A stretch of DNA of 64,000 nucleotides from Eledone cirrhosa (taxonomy: Eukaryota). The translations under genes and the position numbers were made by a program. Position 1 is the stretch's first letter, and the number at the start of each line of letters is the position of its first letter. Of this stretch, positions 39,716 to 54,316 are shown piece after piece. The notes below the pieces were generated by a model. That model did no database searches. It was not told where the DNA came from and saw only the letters and a program-made list of their open reading frames with translations. The stretch is taken from positions 51,956,001-52,020,000 of the forward strand of contig OZ024750.1 of the NCBI GenBank assembly GCA_964016885.1. The letters run 5' to 3'.

Positions 39716-41284
39716 CCATCTCTATTAATAATAATATTCCTAAATTATTCTTTAGTGCCTTAAATAAATGCTTCCCTCCCTCACATATCTATAGTAAAGT
39801 ATTTAACAAATACACTATAAAATTTTCCTATTCGACCTTCTCCAACATCTCCAACATTATCTCTAAACACAACAATAAAATACTAAATACTAAATCTCTT
39901 CCTTCCAACACTGAATATCATAATAATAGTAATAGTACACCCGACGTCATTGTTAATTCTAGGCTAATTTCTGCAAACCCAAATACAACGTCAAACGCAA
40001 CTTCGTTAAATGTTCTTAATCCCAATCTAAATCAAGAAACTACTATTCCTATTGTAAATAACTTCTCCAATCCAATTCCTTCTATAGATAACACTAGGTT
40101 ACTTGTTAATAACTCTGTTAATTTCTCTAATCGCAATTGTAATTGCCCTGTTAAAAATAATAGTTCTCTATCCAAGACATGTAATCTCTGTTTATGTGAG
40201 AAATTTATCATTATATCTAATTTAGATTCTATAATAAATAGACGCACTGACTTGTTTTCTCTCTGCTTGCATAAATTCCACAGAACATTCCATAAAGTAT
40301 ACAGCTAATATCTAATACTTTACCAATTTAAAATCCTTTTCTCAAAGGCACATATATATATACATATATATTTCTTTAAAAATATACCCATCTTTCTACC
40401 TTATTTCAATGTTATTTATTATACATTATATAATACTAGTTACTCATTCTATTTCACTCCTATTTATCACTTCCCTTTCTTTCTTTTTTCCTTTACTCTT
40501 TTTTTCTTTTGCTTTTAATTTCTAACCTCTAATCTGTACCTTTTCTTCCTAGATACTTCTCAATTCTCATTATTACTCACCACAATATATCCTTACCCTT
40601 TAAAATAATAATATCACCTTGAAAAATCATTCGTAAACATAAAAAAAATTTTTGACGTTAGATTATTCATCCTCAATTCATTATTTTTTTCTCCCTTTCA
40701 TGCTCATCTAACTTATACATATTACACTTATTCATCCACTCTTCTACTTCTTTTCACAATATATCCTTAATTACATTACTATTGTTATATCTTTATATTT
40801 TTAATAATACATATCAACAATTTCTTTCCATCGCACATATTATTAAACCCTTAAATATTATTCTTAATACATATTAACAATTTCTTTTCATCGCACATAT
40901 TAAACCCTTCAATATACAAACCTTAATTTAACATTTCTCTAAAAATTCTCTCTTCGTTAATTTTCAAATTCTTTTAATTTATATATTATTTTCCAACGGT
41001 TTTTTAACATCTCTATGTAAAACAATATATTTTTCTCAGTTATAAAAGCTATCTCTCTCTCTCTCTCTATCACCCATCTCTCCTCCTATCTCATCCTTCC
41101 TTATTATACTCCTCCCCCTCCACTCTTTACTCTCATCTCCTCCTCTTTGTCATCCTTTCCACCCCCACCCCTCAATTTTTTCCTAATATCACACATCAAT
41201 CTAAAACTACTTTTCATATGTTGATTTAAAACTGCACTATTCACAAGTGTTTTTTAACCTTCATATCATGTCTCCCTATTTTAT

Positions 41285-41345
41285 CTGTCTGACGAAAACG
41301 CAAATGTCATCGCATGATGACATTTGTTTTTGAAATGCGCATAAT
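41285..41345 (+). ncRNA. Hammerhead motif with long stem II
   Basis: CTGACGA-aaacgCAAATGTCATC-gcat-GATGACATTTGttttt-GAAA-tgcgc-ATA (palindromic helix III atgcgcat). Confidence 0.7.
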
Positions 41346-41379
41346 AAAATGCATGGAACTCTTTTAACCATCTTTTGAT

Positions 41380-41475
<96 letters not shown>

Positions 41476-41711
41476 GCAAGATTCGTATTTCGGCGGGTCG
41501 AAAACAAGTGAAACGCAATATCCGAGTTATGCTGGCAAGCGCTCCGTGGACCAAAAGAGACCAGAGTAATAAACATACGTTATAAAGGCCAAACAAGCCG
41601 AGATCGCGGTTAAGAAGAAATCAACCACATAAGCCAAAAAGACGAGGCAAGCTAAACGGGTCAAACAAAATAAATGAAATATATATATATATATATGAAT
41701 ATATATATATA

Positions 41712-41762
<51 letters not shown>

Positions 41763-41766
<4 letters not shown>

Positions 41767-43560
41767 CATTTCATTTGAGTTTGAGTCCATGCTCAGGCCA
41801 AGTCGAAGACTCCACCCTCAGAGTCTGGTGTGGTTGCCAGGTTGTATTCTCTGTTTAATTTTGACATGTGTAGGAGCGAGTTTGAGTCAGTTTGTGCTCG
41901 TTGTGTATATCCTGGGAGATGGGGTTCATCTCTAATGGTGCTTAAGTATCTATCCAGCTGCAATTTGAATGATTCCACACTGCATCCTGATAGATTTCTG
42001 ACATGTACCGGAATGGAGTTGAATAGTTGTGCCCCTCGAACCAACAGACTTGACTCTCGCAGGGTTTTTGCTGCCTGGCCAGCCTTTTTGTTGATTGGTG
42101 GTAACTGGCAGCGTCTTCCGTGGCGCAGTGAGTGGTAGGTTTTGATACCAAAGTTTGGCACCTTTTGCTCTATCATTTTCCAAATGTATATAATTCGGTA
42201 TCGCTCAAATCTTCTTTCTATTGAGTACATCTTCAAGGTTTTGAGTCTTTGCCAATAGTCCAGGTCCCTCGTTTCTGAGAAGTATGAGGTAAAATTTCTT
42301 TGGAGCGATTCCATCTTAGATAGTTGGCCCTTTGTTGTTGGTGACCACAACTGAGAACAGTAGTCAATCCTCGGAAGTATCATACTGTTCCAGGGGGTTT
42401 TCATTGTTGAGGTATCTCTTGATTTGAAGGTGCGCAAGATCCACCCGCTGTACTTTCTTGCAGTAAGACAGACTGAGTCAAGGTGTTCTCTGAATTTTAG
42501 GCTGGTTCCCATGTGGATGCCTAAATCTTTCACACACTGTTTTTCCATTATTTGTTGTCCTGGTGGGTTTCTGTAGTTTGTTGTATTTTTCAGATCTTGA
42601 TCTGTTCCGTAGCGAATTAGTTCAAACTTCTTATCATTGAACAACATGTTGTTTGTTTCCTGCCATTTGTATATGGTGGTCAGGTCCTTTTGTATCCACC
42701 TCGTCTTTGATTTGTCTCATGACCCTCGTGTCATCAGCAAAGGATGAGACGTTGCTGGTTGTATCTTCATCTATGTCAGAGATGAGGATGAGAAACAGAA
42801 TCGGGCCGAGTACTGTACCCTGAGGAACACTGCTGGTCACAGGTGATGGGTGTTGAATGGGTTCCATTCACAGTGACTGTTTGAGTTCTATTTGTAAGGA
42901 ACTCATGTATCCATGTACCAACTTTTCCTCCTACTCCTAGCTTTCGAAGTTTGTGTCCCAGGATGCCATAATCTACCTTGTCAAATGCCTTGGCAAAGTC
43001 GAGGTAAATAACATCTGTGTTGTATCCATTCTCTAGATTTTCTAGGATTTGGTCATGGTGTGCCAGTAGTTGGGAAAGACATGATCTACCTAACCTGAAT
43101 CCATGCTGGTTGCAATTCATCAGATTGTTGGATTCCAGGAACTCAACAAGTTTTCCACGAACTATTCTTTCGAAGACCTTGATAATGTGTGATGTCAGTG
43201 AGATTGGTCGGTAGTTCTTTGGTTTTGATTTGCTGTCCCCTTTATGTATTGGAGTTATGTGTGCTTCTTTATATGTATTTGGTATTTTGCCATTCTCCAT
43301 AGATTCCTTCCATATCATGTAAAGGGGTTTCAACAATTGTACCTTGCAGTTTTTAAGTATCATGGCATTGAAACCATCAGGCCCCGCAGCCGAGTGCATG
43401 GAGAGCTTGTCTATGGCTCTTTCTATGTCTTCTGGGTTGAAATCAATGTCGGATAGGGTAGGTTTAGTATGGTCGATATCCTTGAAGAATTCTCCTGGGT
43501 CATGGATCTTCATGGTTTTAGATGGCTCACTGAAGACACTTTCATACTGTTGACCCAACA
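41763..43560 (-). mobile_element. CR1-group LINE RT, 5'-truncated, in (TA)n
   Basis: AAGPDG, KNYRPISLTSH, QHGFR, DVIYLDFAKAFDKVD, SSVPQGTVLGPILF, FADDT, KDLGI; stop 41793, very short 3' UTR ending ctcaaactcaaa(tgaaa)2; frameshifts near 42850 and 42690. Confidence 0.9.
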
Positions 43561-43697
43561 TATATATATATATATTAAAAAATAGAGGTGTGACCCACGA
43601 GTTGTGATATATTAGTAAAAAGGAAAAGAAAATACTGACAAATTTTTCCTAGTGAAAAATAGTTTAATTAGGAATAAGTATAAATTAGTCTAATCTG

Positions 43698-43732
<35 letters not shown>

Positions 43733-43913
43733 GAATAGTCCTCTCGTAGCTACGGACCCCGGCCAAATTACCGGTCGCTGTCTTCATTTTGCAAAGCCCT
43801 TTAAACTTTATGTTATTCCTCTGAGGTCCTATACCTTGTCGAGTGCTTGGCTGCACTGCTGAAGGCATTTGTCGGCTTGGCTGAGGCTCTGGCTTCGAAT
43901 ATGGTGTACTTCC

Positions 43914-44661
<748 letters not shown>

Positions 44662-45049
44662 TTGAATGTTGTTCTTCGGGAGACTTCTATCTGTTTCTTC
44701 GTTATTTTGTGACAAGGTGGTGAAAAAGGTAATAGACGTTTCATCTAATTAATTAATTTAAATAATTAAAAATAACCTAATTAACACACAAAATAATTGA
44801 TTAACTTTTATATTTGACTTTCTTTGTCCTTTTTTTTATCAATTTCTATTTTTTTTTTTTCCAATAATAATATATCTCAGGTTTTTGGAGTATTTTTTTA
44901 AAGTTTAATAATACCAGTCCTGTACCTCTTTTAATTCGAACATAATTATGAGCGAACACTTGAGTTTTCCCTTGACCAGACAAAGTGAAGTCAGGTGATG
45001 AGGTTACTATATGGCATTAAATATTTTAAACATTTTCACCTCCATATTA

Positions 45050-45455
45050 TAGTTGGGGCTCCTGAATTCAAATACCTCCTCACCTACACTCACCCGAAGT
45101 CAACTTTGCCCTTCATCCTTAAATACCAGTCAAATACTTGGGTTGATTTAATCAACATTACCCTCCATCTACCACTACCTCCACCTCCCATGTTACTGGC
45201 GTTATGCCTAAGAAATGCTTATTATAGTCAAGGTGGAGAAGCATAATTGGTAGAGCGTCGGACAAAATTCTTTACGGCATATAGTTACGGTCTTTTACGT
45301 TCTGAGTTAAAATCCTGTCGATGTTAGCTTTAATCCTTAAGGGGTCGATAAAATAAAGCTCCAGTAATGCACTGGGGTCGATTTAATCGACTTTTCCCCT
45401 CTCACCAAATTACTGGCTTTGTGCCTATTGTACAAACAATTATTATAGTTAAGGT
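45050..45455 (+). mobile_element. Two tandem SINE copies (old degenerate copy plus younger copy 45235-45439 with ~16-bp TSD)
   Basis: TSD ttattatagtcaaggt 45219-45234 / ttattatagttaaggt 45440-45455; longer variant core with ggggtcgatttaatcgac hairpin. Confidence 0.75.
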
Positions 45456-47592
45456 CTGAAGACACTGTGTCTAACTTCATAATATGTTTCTAGTAAATTA
45501 TTATATAGTCCGACAAACCAAATAATCCGGCACTGATCTAGAACCAACAATGCCGAAAAGTGAGAGGGGTTTCAGTCTGAATTTTGCGTCCGTTTTTCAC
45601 GCATAACAAATAGCCAAATGCCAGGGCCTGACCGACTGCTACCTCTTTGTACCAGTCTATGTCGAGACTCATAGCGTCTTTGGTCCCCGCACTGCTGATA
45701 CCTCCATAAAGTTGGAAAGGCGGCAGCCCGCTTGAGGGGTGATGCCCGTGAGGTAGGGTGGCTGCTGAAGCCTTTTTGGTCATTCTCCAAGGTAACGCTT
45801 TTGCCGTTTTGTCCACGGAACCAGGCTGAGGTACCGCTCAGACTGAGGTGTAGTGACTGTCACTCCCCCTATCCCTCTTTTTCGCCACTGGATCCTTCTT
45901 TCTTTTTCTCCTGTTCATGTTTTCTCTACTGTTCCCTTTAGTAGTGTGTTCCGTTTTTATTAGAGACCATTGTCCGGCTTTCTAAATAAATTTGACCATG
46001 TAGTCTCAAAAAATATTTTTTTTTAATAGAGAAAACCATTTTTGACTTCACAGTGTTTTTTATGTAAAAACAGATATGATGTAAGGTTTCTGGATAAAAA
46101 CTTGTTAAAACAATAAACATTTATTTTTTTTATATTTTTTATAGAACAACTGGTAGTTTTGAGTGGGTTGATATCAAAGAATTCGGGTGAATTTACCCAT
46201 TTTTACTAATTTTCTGATTATTAAACAAATGTTTGAAGCATGACTTACATGATTGTACATAAAACTAGGATGAAAAATTTTTCGATGTGAGATTTTAAAA
46301 ACAAACAGCTTTATATCATAAAAAGGGGCGTATACAGGCAGTTTGGTATCAAAATTAGTCGCCTCTGAGAGAAATTTCTGTAGCAAAGCAACAGCTGATA
46401 TTAAGCTTATTATTTTTAATGATCCAGGCATTATCACTGATAGAGTGTTTCACTATTTATTACGCTAATGATGTTAAAGTTTCTTTCTATAGAATATACA
46501 ATAAGGTAAATTAACTGTATGACCCCAAAAATAAGTATCAATTAATATATATATAAATATCTATATAAATATTGGTGCTCCGAATTAGCGATGTATATAT
46601 GAATGTATGTATAATATATTTGATAATATACTGTTGTTTGTTTTAAAATATTTTGAATATGAATTTTAAAGTAGTGACTATGTCACTTACTTATTTTCGG
46701 AGAAAACAAAGGGGAGTATTCGACAGTCCTGTTTCTCGCTCGTTAGTGATTATCAAGATTACATACCCCTTCGCTTCTGCTGAGGGTTATAGAAGATGGA
46801 CTCTTATAGAATTCCAGTAATGTTTAAGAGCTGATTAAACAGAGTTGTTGCCGGTCCAGCAAAAGTTAGATATTAGATATTGGTGCTCTGTTTAATCAGC
46901 TCTTTAAACTGAGGTGATATACACGTGTATGTATGTTTATAAAGATATATGTATAATGTACGTGCATGTGTGTCTCTGTGTGTACACATGTATATTTATA
47001 TTGTGTTTATATTCTCTTCGCACAATATGTACTGCACCGGTGTTTGCCTTAGCCACAGTTAATTTGACAACATTTTCATTTATTTATTTATAGTCTTTTC
47101 AAATACTAACCACAACCCTTAATTCATTATAGTACAATTGCCCCTTTAAGGATATATATAAATAGTATATATATAGTTTACAACAATGTCCCACTCCCAA
47201 ACAAGAATAACCTACTTTCCCTTATGTCCCTCCTTTTCTCTTACCCCTCTCCGGCAAACCTTTGACCAGCACAGTCCCACCCCCCTAGTAGAGCACCGCA
47301 CTCTTTCATCTCCCATCACATACACCCCCTACAACATCCACCACCATACCCACCACCTTCGCCTCACCACATACACACCACAATGTCTATGATAAGCCAA
47401 AACACCACACCCCCACAACTCACACCAACCATCTCTCCCCACCACGTCACTATGCTCACCCTCACCTGTCACACATACCAAAACATTCCTCATAGCTAAA
47501 CCACCAATCAAAACAACATAAACTGACCACCATATGAACGCAAAATGTTAGACATTTCTATGTTTTATATGTTTATTGTCATTATCACAGCA

Positions 47593-47681
47593 CAGGTCCG
47601 ACGAGCTTTTGATTCCAGAGTCGGGCCAGATCGATACAGATCGAATCTTGAGCTGATCAATAGTGAAACGCGCGTCACTAC
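47593..47681 (+). ncRNA. Branched-stem-II hammerhead motif (variant core CCGACGA)
   Basis: aggt-CCGACGA-~60 nt-GAAAC-gcgc-GTC-act, then AATAAA; homologous to 31748..31838. Confidence 0.6.
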
Positions 47682-47734
47682 TCAATAAACGTGATGAAGA
47701 CATAACAAATCGTCCTTTTATTATTATTATTATT

Positions 47735-48051
47735 ACAGTTGCATTTATCTTGCTTTACGTTCATACGAGTTATCACCAAGTCACAACCAGTGACCTCAAG
47801 AGACAACAAGGTCCGCCATGTTCAAGAAAGAACATACATACTCACACATGCATCTTTAGGTGTTTAGACTTGTGATGTACTTATATTGACAGAATCTTCC
47901 TTAGTATATGGGCAGTTCCCATTAGTACTAGCTTTTGTATTTCTCCTATACGCGGGTTTCCTGGGATTTGTGATAAGTAATCATTAGACCCCTTAGGTAT
48001 CATTCCCAGAGCGCCTACAAACACTGGTATTGTTTTAGTTCTCAATTTCCA

Positions 48052-48052
<1 letters not shown>
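47735..48052 (-). mobile_element. Very short 3' end of an R4/Dong-type LINE flanked by (TAA)n
   Basis: [40 protein letters not shown] (stop 47881); (TAA)n at 47719-47734 and 48053-48119. Confidence 0.85.
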
Positions 48053-48120
<68 letters not shown>

Positions 48121-48140
48121 GTATATGTATATGCATGTAC

Positions 48141-48245
<105 letters not shown>

Positions 48246-48256
48246 CATATATATAT

Positions 48257-48596
<340 letters not shown>

Positions 48597-48602
48597 TATA
48601 TA

Positions 48603-48633
<31 letters not shown>

Positions 48634-48640
48634 ATATATT

Positions 48641-48697
48641 TGTTCCGAAGAGATTGTTTAAGTAAAACCAGGAGCAAACAGGAGAAAGCTCTCAACA
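48641..48697 (+). ncRNA. Variant hammerhead motif
   Basis: tgtt-CCGAAGA-gatTGTTT..AAACAgga-GAAAG-ct-CTC-aaca. Confidence 0.45.
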
Positions 48698-48878
48698 TTC
48701 GTTGTTTGTAGGAACTCATATGTCTGCTGGACGCACGAGTAAAAGGACGTATCTTTTTCCTGCCGGCAGCATATCACAAACTCGAATTTCATCCGAGGAT
48801 ACCGTACCGTTCTCATAGCAACAACCAATGCATGAATTAAATCTTGATTGCATGGAGAACCGTTGAAATAAATATAAT

Positions 48879-49059
48879 TGTTTCTACTTCTGGCACAAGG
48901 CCAGCAATTACCCCAGTGTATTACTGGTACTTTATTTTATCGACCCCGTAAGCATGAAAGGCAAAGTTAACCTCGGCGGGATTTGAACTCAGACCATAAA
49001 GGGACGTAACTCTTTGCTGCAAAGCATAGCGTCCGACCCTCTACCGATACTGCCAATCC
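48879..49059 (-). mobile_element. Full-length SINE with ~20-bp TSD
   Basis: accgttgaaataaatataat 48859-48878 / accgttgaaataattataat 49060-49079. Confidence 0.9.
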
Positions 49060-49111
49060 ACCGTTGAAATAATTATAATGAAACAATTTATGTAATATCA
49101 GCATCTTTATT

Positions 49112-49195
<84 letters not shown>

Positions 49196-49199
49196 GGAA

Positions 49200-49303
49200 T
49201 AGAATGAAACGAAATTTCATTTCTCACTCTTAGTACGGCACTTACTTAAATGTAAGTATGTATGTATACGTACATACATATATGTATACAGACGTACAGT
49301 AGC

Positions 49304-49338
<35 letters not shown>

Positions 49339-49741
49339 CAGGCACACATATATATGCACGTATCGGTGCGCCTGGCCGACTGATCTCACTCGATATGCAA
49401 ATTAGGCTGCTCAGCCGTTAATTTTCATAAAGAAAGTATATACTTTCGAACGTTCAACCATCTGGCAGAAAGGTATACGGTGCTGACGATAGCTAACAAG
49501 CTTGAAACTAGTACATCGTTCCTGTGTCAGTGTTGAACAAAAAGGTGACGTGGTTGCCTGAACACTGTACGGCGTAAATCAGGCTGTCCGTTTGTTTACA
49601 ATCGAACAAAGCGAACATTATAATAAATGTTCGGTAAACTGATACGTGCATATATATATGTGTGCCTGTATGTATATATATACATACATGCTACTGTACG
49701 TCTGTATACATATATGTATGTACGTATACATACATACTTAC

Positions 49742-49745
<4 letters not shown>
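49200..49745. mobile_element. PLE terminal derivative with inverted arms and HHR
   Basis: 49247-49364 is the reverse complement of ~49640-49747; homologous to 38306..38898. Confidence 0.75.
49478..49518 (+). ncRNA. Hammerhead ribozyme
   Basis: cggtg-CTGACGA-t-AGCT-aaca-AGCT-t-GAAAC-ta-GTA-catcg. Confidence 0.8.
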
Positions 49746-49801
<56 letters not shown>

Positions 49802-50600
49802 ATAAATTTGAAGACTAAAATCCAAAGAGGGCTCGATATACTCTACGCCACAGATCACATCTTAAGCAAAAATATTGGGCAATTTCGGCTTGTAAACATA
49901 AATTGCACAAAACTTTCCTGCATTACAGCCCCACACGGACAGTACGATCTATACGTGGATATTTTACGTCTTGATGTGGTAGCTAAGTATATGTTATGTT
50001 TATACCATTACTTATTTGCATAGGTAAGTATATATTACCTGTATGTTTCCACGAACCTAAGTATCGTCTTCCTGTCTTCCTCCGGTTGCAACCTTTTTTT
50101 AAATATCCACAATTCAGTCATGTCAGTGAATAAGATAGGACAAAACTCAATATTTATACACCTTAAGATTGAGATTGAAAAAATTACATATAATACAGAG
50201 GGTGCGTGTGAGAAAGCTTATAAAGATACATAATAATAAACAACTACTAATATAATATAAACTTACATAACTGTTAGAAATTTAAATAATTTAAATTATT
50301 GAAGAATGAAGTGAAAGTCAGAGAGAGAAACAGATGAGGAAAAAGAGAGTGACTAGAAGTATAGAATCATCTTATGTACGAAAGCAAAAGAAAATTGATT
50401 AAGGATAGAGAGACGAGGAGAAAATAATTTTTATAGTATAAAACATAGGGAGGGAGATTTGTATTGTCGTGGATAAGTAGCGTATAATTAGATGATGCAA
50501 AAATATATATATAAATAGATATTTGGGCATAGCTTTGTGAATGAATAATTTCGAATCGTTAAATTATCTAGAAATAATCAATCAATCAAAATATCAAATA

Positions 50601-51381
50601 CTAGCAGTAAAGCCCGGCGTTGCTCGGGGTCGCTCAGTAGCTGTGTTAAAGTTACAATGTTAAGTTTCTTTTTTGGCTTAAAAACTGTAGTGTCTACTGT
50701 GCAGACTTGCATGTGGTGTTTTTGATTAATATTCCCTCAACCAACAATATGCCTTATGAAGTTAAGAAAACATAACGATAACCCGAATGTTATAACAAAA
50801 GAGGATGCTGGGGATAAAAACTGCACTGGTTATTTATTAACAAAGATCGAAAATGTAAACACTGCAACGCAGAGAAAAACATTAGCGTAACCAAATTATC
50901 AGTTATGTCTGTCTGCACGCCTATATCACGTCTCTGCACGACTGTCTGTCTGCACGCCTGAAATATTTGCTTGTTTTACGTAGTCTTTAAATAGACTTGT
51001 TTTCAAGTAAAAATATTGTTTTAAAATGCTTTTAAATGGAAATGAAGCAAAACGGAAGCTTAGTGTTCGAACTGATGAATTTTGCAGGTCAATATTTTGC
51101 TGGCTCGAACGCTGAGAAAGCCAGCGTAATTTTTTACGTAAGACGCTCAATGTAAACAGAACAAAGGGAAATAACTGATAACTTACGCTCAAAAATCGAT
51201 ACATTATATTCGATTTCGTCACATAGGGTGGGTCAATTTGAAATTTTTTTTTTCCGATGTCTTCGCTAGGGCTCAATGTACAAGTATAGCAATTTCGGTG
51301 CAATTCCGTGAGAGATTCTAAGAGGAGATGTGTGCCAAAAATTGATAGACAGACAGACAACCACAGTTTTATATATATAGA
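50601..51381 (-). mobile_element. Non-autonomous Helitron (781 bp)
   Basis: Minus strand starts A|TCTATATATATAAAACTGTGG with (CTGT)n near the 5' end; ends with GC hairpin ccccgagcaacgccggg then CTAG|T; inserted at AT with no TSD. Confidence 0.8.
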
Positions 51382-51564
51382 TATCTGGGTGTAGTTATAT
51401 GACGGTTTATTTTCGAATCCTTAAGTTAATTAGAAATAGTCAATTAATCAATTATATATATCCCAGCGCATCCGGATGACCGTTAAATTTCGAATCTGTA
51501 TGTTAGTTCGACATAGTGAATTAATTTAAAGGCATAATATTTCAGACTATAAAATTTATAAGTA

Positions 51565-54008
51565 TTTATATTATAGTGTAATATCATATTTAAAGTATTT
51601 GCAAACATGAGAAAGAAGAGACTTAATATTTTCTTCATCCCGAAGGTAATCCATATTAAATTATATTAAAATTTTTTTTATATTAAAGAGATTTTATATT
51701 AAAAAATAATTATTATATAATTTAAAAAATAATTACAATTATAAATTTAAAATTAGAATGCCCTTAAGTATTCAAAGGTCATATAAGTATACTTAAAAAT
51801 GATATTATTAAACTAGATATAATCATTTGTCTAAATTTATACAAAGAGTACATTGTTTAAAGTTTAAAACGATATTAGTCAGTTATATATAATATAATAA
51901 ATATAATTACTGTTAATAGTGTTAAAAATAAAGTTTTACGTCAAGTATTATATTGAATTATAATGCGGGTAAAAATAAGACTAACATAAATAAACTAGAT
52001 TCTAAAAATTATTTAAATATAAATACAAACACCAATACCGTGAATAAATCGGGGGAAAAAATCAGAACTAAATCAGTTATATGGTTTGCTCCTCCTGCAT
52101 CTGTATCAATCAAAACACCACTCGCAAATCTATTCTTTAAAGCTTTAGATAAATGTTTCCCCATAAAACATAAATACCGTTCCATATTTAACAGACACAC
52201 AATTAAGCTTTCTTATTCTACAACTATGAATATGGCCCAGAACATTGCAAAAATATATAGTAGAATTCTAAATCATAACCAACAAACAATTAGGGATAAT
52301 GAATATATTAACACTGGCAATATTAATACTGGGAATAACAATAACATTAATCTAACCACTATCAATAGAACACTTCCAAGTACTGGCAATGTTAATGTCA
52401 ATTGTTCAAATTATAGTAATAACAATAAATCTAAATGTAATTGTAGAAATAGATAAAATTGCCCTCTGCAAAATAATTGTCTGGATAGTAATCTGGTCTA
52501 TAAATGCACCGTAAAAGCAAATAACATCACATACAACTATATTGGTGCAACTTCATCGACATTTAAATTAAGATTTTAGAATCACAAATATTCTTTCTCG
52601 AATCCCAATAGGAAACTTTCGACCTCTTTATCACAACTTATATGGTCATTAAAAGACAAAAATTTAAAATACTCGATTTCTTGGTCCAAGCTGTGTAATG
52701 GTCAAATCTACTTGAATTCTTCAATATCACCTAACTGCAATCTTTGTACTATGGAGACCCTATTAATAATTACTAATTATGATAATTTAATTAACAAAAA
52801 AAGTGAATTATTCTCAAATTGCTTACATAAAGTTTCTTCTACATTCCAAGTCTCACAAAAAGTCATGAAAAAACATTGAATAAATAAGTTTTGATTTTGA
52901 CGTTTCTTATCAACTGAGTGCGTAAAACGATACTATAACAGATTATAAAACCTTCTAATAATTTTTATTTACGATATGATTCATGTTGGATTAAGGGTTC
53001 TATATAAACATATAGACTGTTAACATGATCTTTTGATGAGTATGCATATCATTTGATTGTTTAAATACATTTAATTTTGGGGGGTTTATTGTATTTATTT
53101 TGAATATGTTGTTTTAAGATTCAAGAAGTTTGATTTATATATTTATGGTATATGTGTCGTACACGATCATAGTCGACAAACTTTTTCCACTTAACTTGAT
53201 GTAAAACTTCAATTATAACATTATTAACAGTAATTGTATTTATTATATGTATATAATTGACTAATATCGTCTTAAACTTTAAACAGTATACTCTGTATGT
53301 ATTTAGACAAATGTGTATATCTAGTTTAATAATATCCTTTTAAGTATATTTATAAGGCCTGTGGAATCTTAAAGACATTCTAGTTTTATAATTGTTAATT
53401 ATTTTCTAAATTATATAATGATTATTTTTTAATATAACTTTTTTAATATAATTAAATTTGGATTACCTTCGGGTTGATGAAAATCTTAAGTCTTTTCTTT
53501 CTCATGTTTGCAAACACTTTAAATATGATATTATACTATAATATAAATCCTTAAAAATGTTCTTGTATTTTTAAATTATATAGCTTATATATTTGACACT
53601 TATAGGATCGCAAACCATCCATTTATTTATTTTGAATCTGTGTTTTATGATTCATGAAGTTTGATTTGTATATTTATAGTATATATGTATTACATGATCC
53701 TAGTTGAATAATTTTTTTTTTAATATAATACTTGACGTAAAACTTTATTTTTAACACTATTAACAGTAATTATATTTAATATATTATATATAACTGACTA
53801 ATATCGTTTTAAACTTTAAACAATGTACTCTTTGTATAAATTTAGACAAATGCGTATATCTAGTTTAATAATATCTTTTTTAAGTATACTTATATGGCCT
53901 TTGAACACTTAAGGGCATTCTAATTTTAAATTTATAATTGTAATTATTTTTTAAATTATATTATGAATATTTTTTAATATAAAATCTCTTTAATATAAAA
54001 AATTTTTT
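51565..54008 (+). mobile_element. 5'-truncated PLE (Naiad-like GIY-YIG C-terminus 51960-52879) with tandemly repeated 3' UTR and inverted 5' copy
   Basis: VIWFAPP, IKLSYST, CNCRNR*NCPLQNNC, VYKCTV, YIGATSSTFKLRF, CNLCTME, CLHK; ~530-bp 3' tandem units 53080-54008; 51565-51954 is an inverted copy of that UTR. Confidence 0.85.
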
Positions 54009-54009
54009 T

Positions 54010-54316
54010 TATTCTGGCAATAAACCGGAGATTTACTTTTTATTTGACAGATAAACATTTTCGTTTTATTAATTTAGTGAGAATGATAGTTTTTATGTGG
54101 TGTTAAATGGAGTTGTAGATTCGTTATTTAAGAGGCCTATACTAAAGGTAGGGATTGTTAGTTCGAATCAGGGGGGTAGTTTTCACAGCATCAATAGCAG
54201 ATCGTGTATAAATAACACCACATTAACATCACATAAAACTATCATTCTCACTAAATTAATAAAACGAAAATGTTTATGTCAAATAAAAAGTAAATCTCCG
54301 GTTTATTGCCAGAATA
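54010..54316. repeat. Inverted repeat, ~100-bp arms
   Basis: tattctggcaataaaccggagatttact.. / ..agtaaatctccggtttattgccagaata. Confidence 0.88.

Larger units (their letters stand above)
38900..41382 (+). mobile_element. 5'-truncated Penelope-like element (YRDD, Naiad-like); ORF remnant 38918-40308, long AT-rich 3' UTR
   Basis: FDITMGASDSSQLTDLIG, GIYRDDGL, FLDVSFNL, SNHP, IIWYNAPFS, IKFSYST, CNC..CNLCLCEK..CLHK; SINE insertion; HHR and AATAAA then (TA)n. Confidence 0.88.

Noticed and set aside
46715-46770. HHR-like motif on minus strand (TTGATAA...GAAAC-aggact-GTC); similar weak ones at 27055-27095, 36778-36812, 54634
   Set aside because: Core has multiple substitutions or lacks a pairing stem II; likely decayed, not counted
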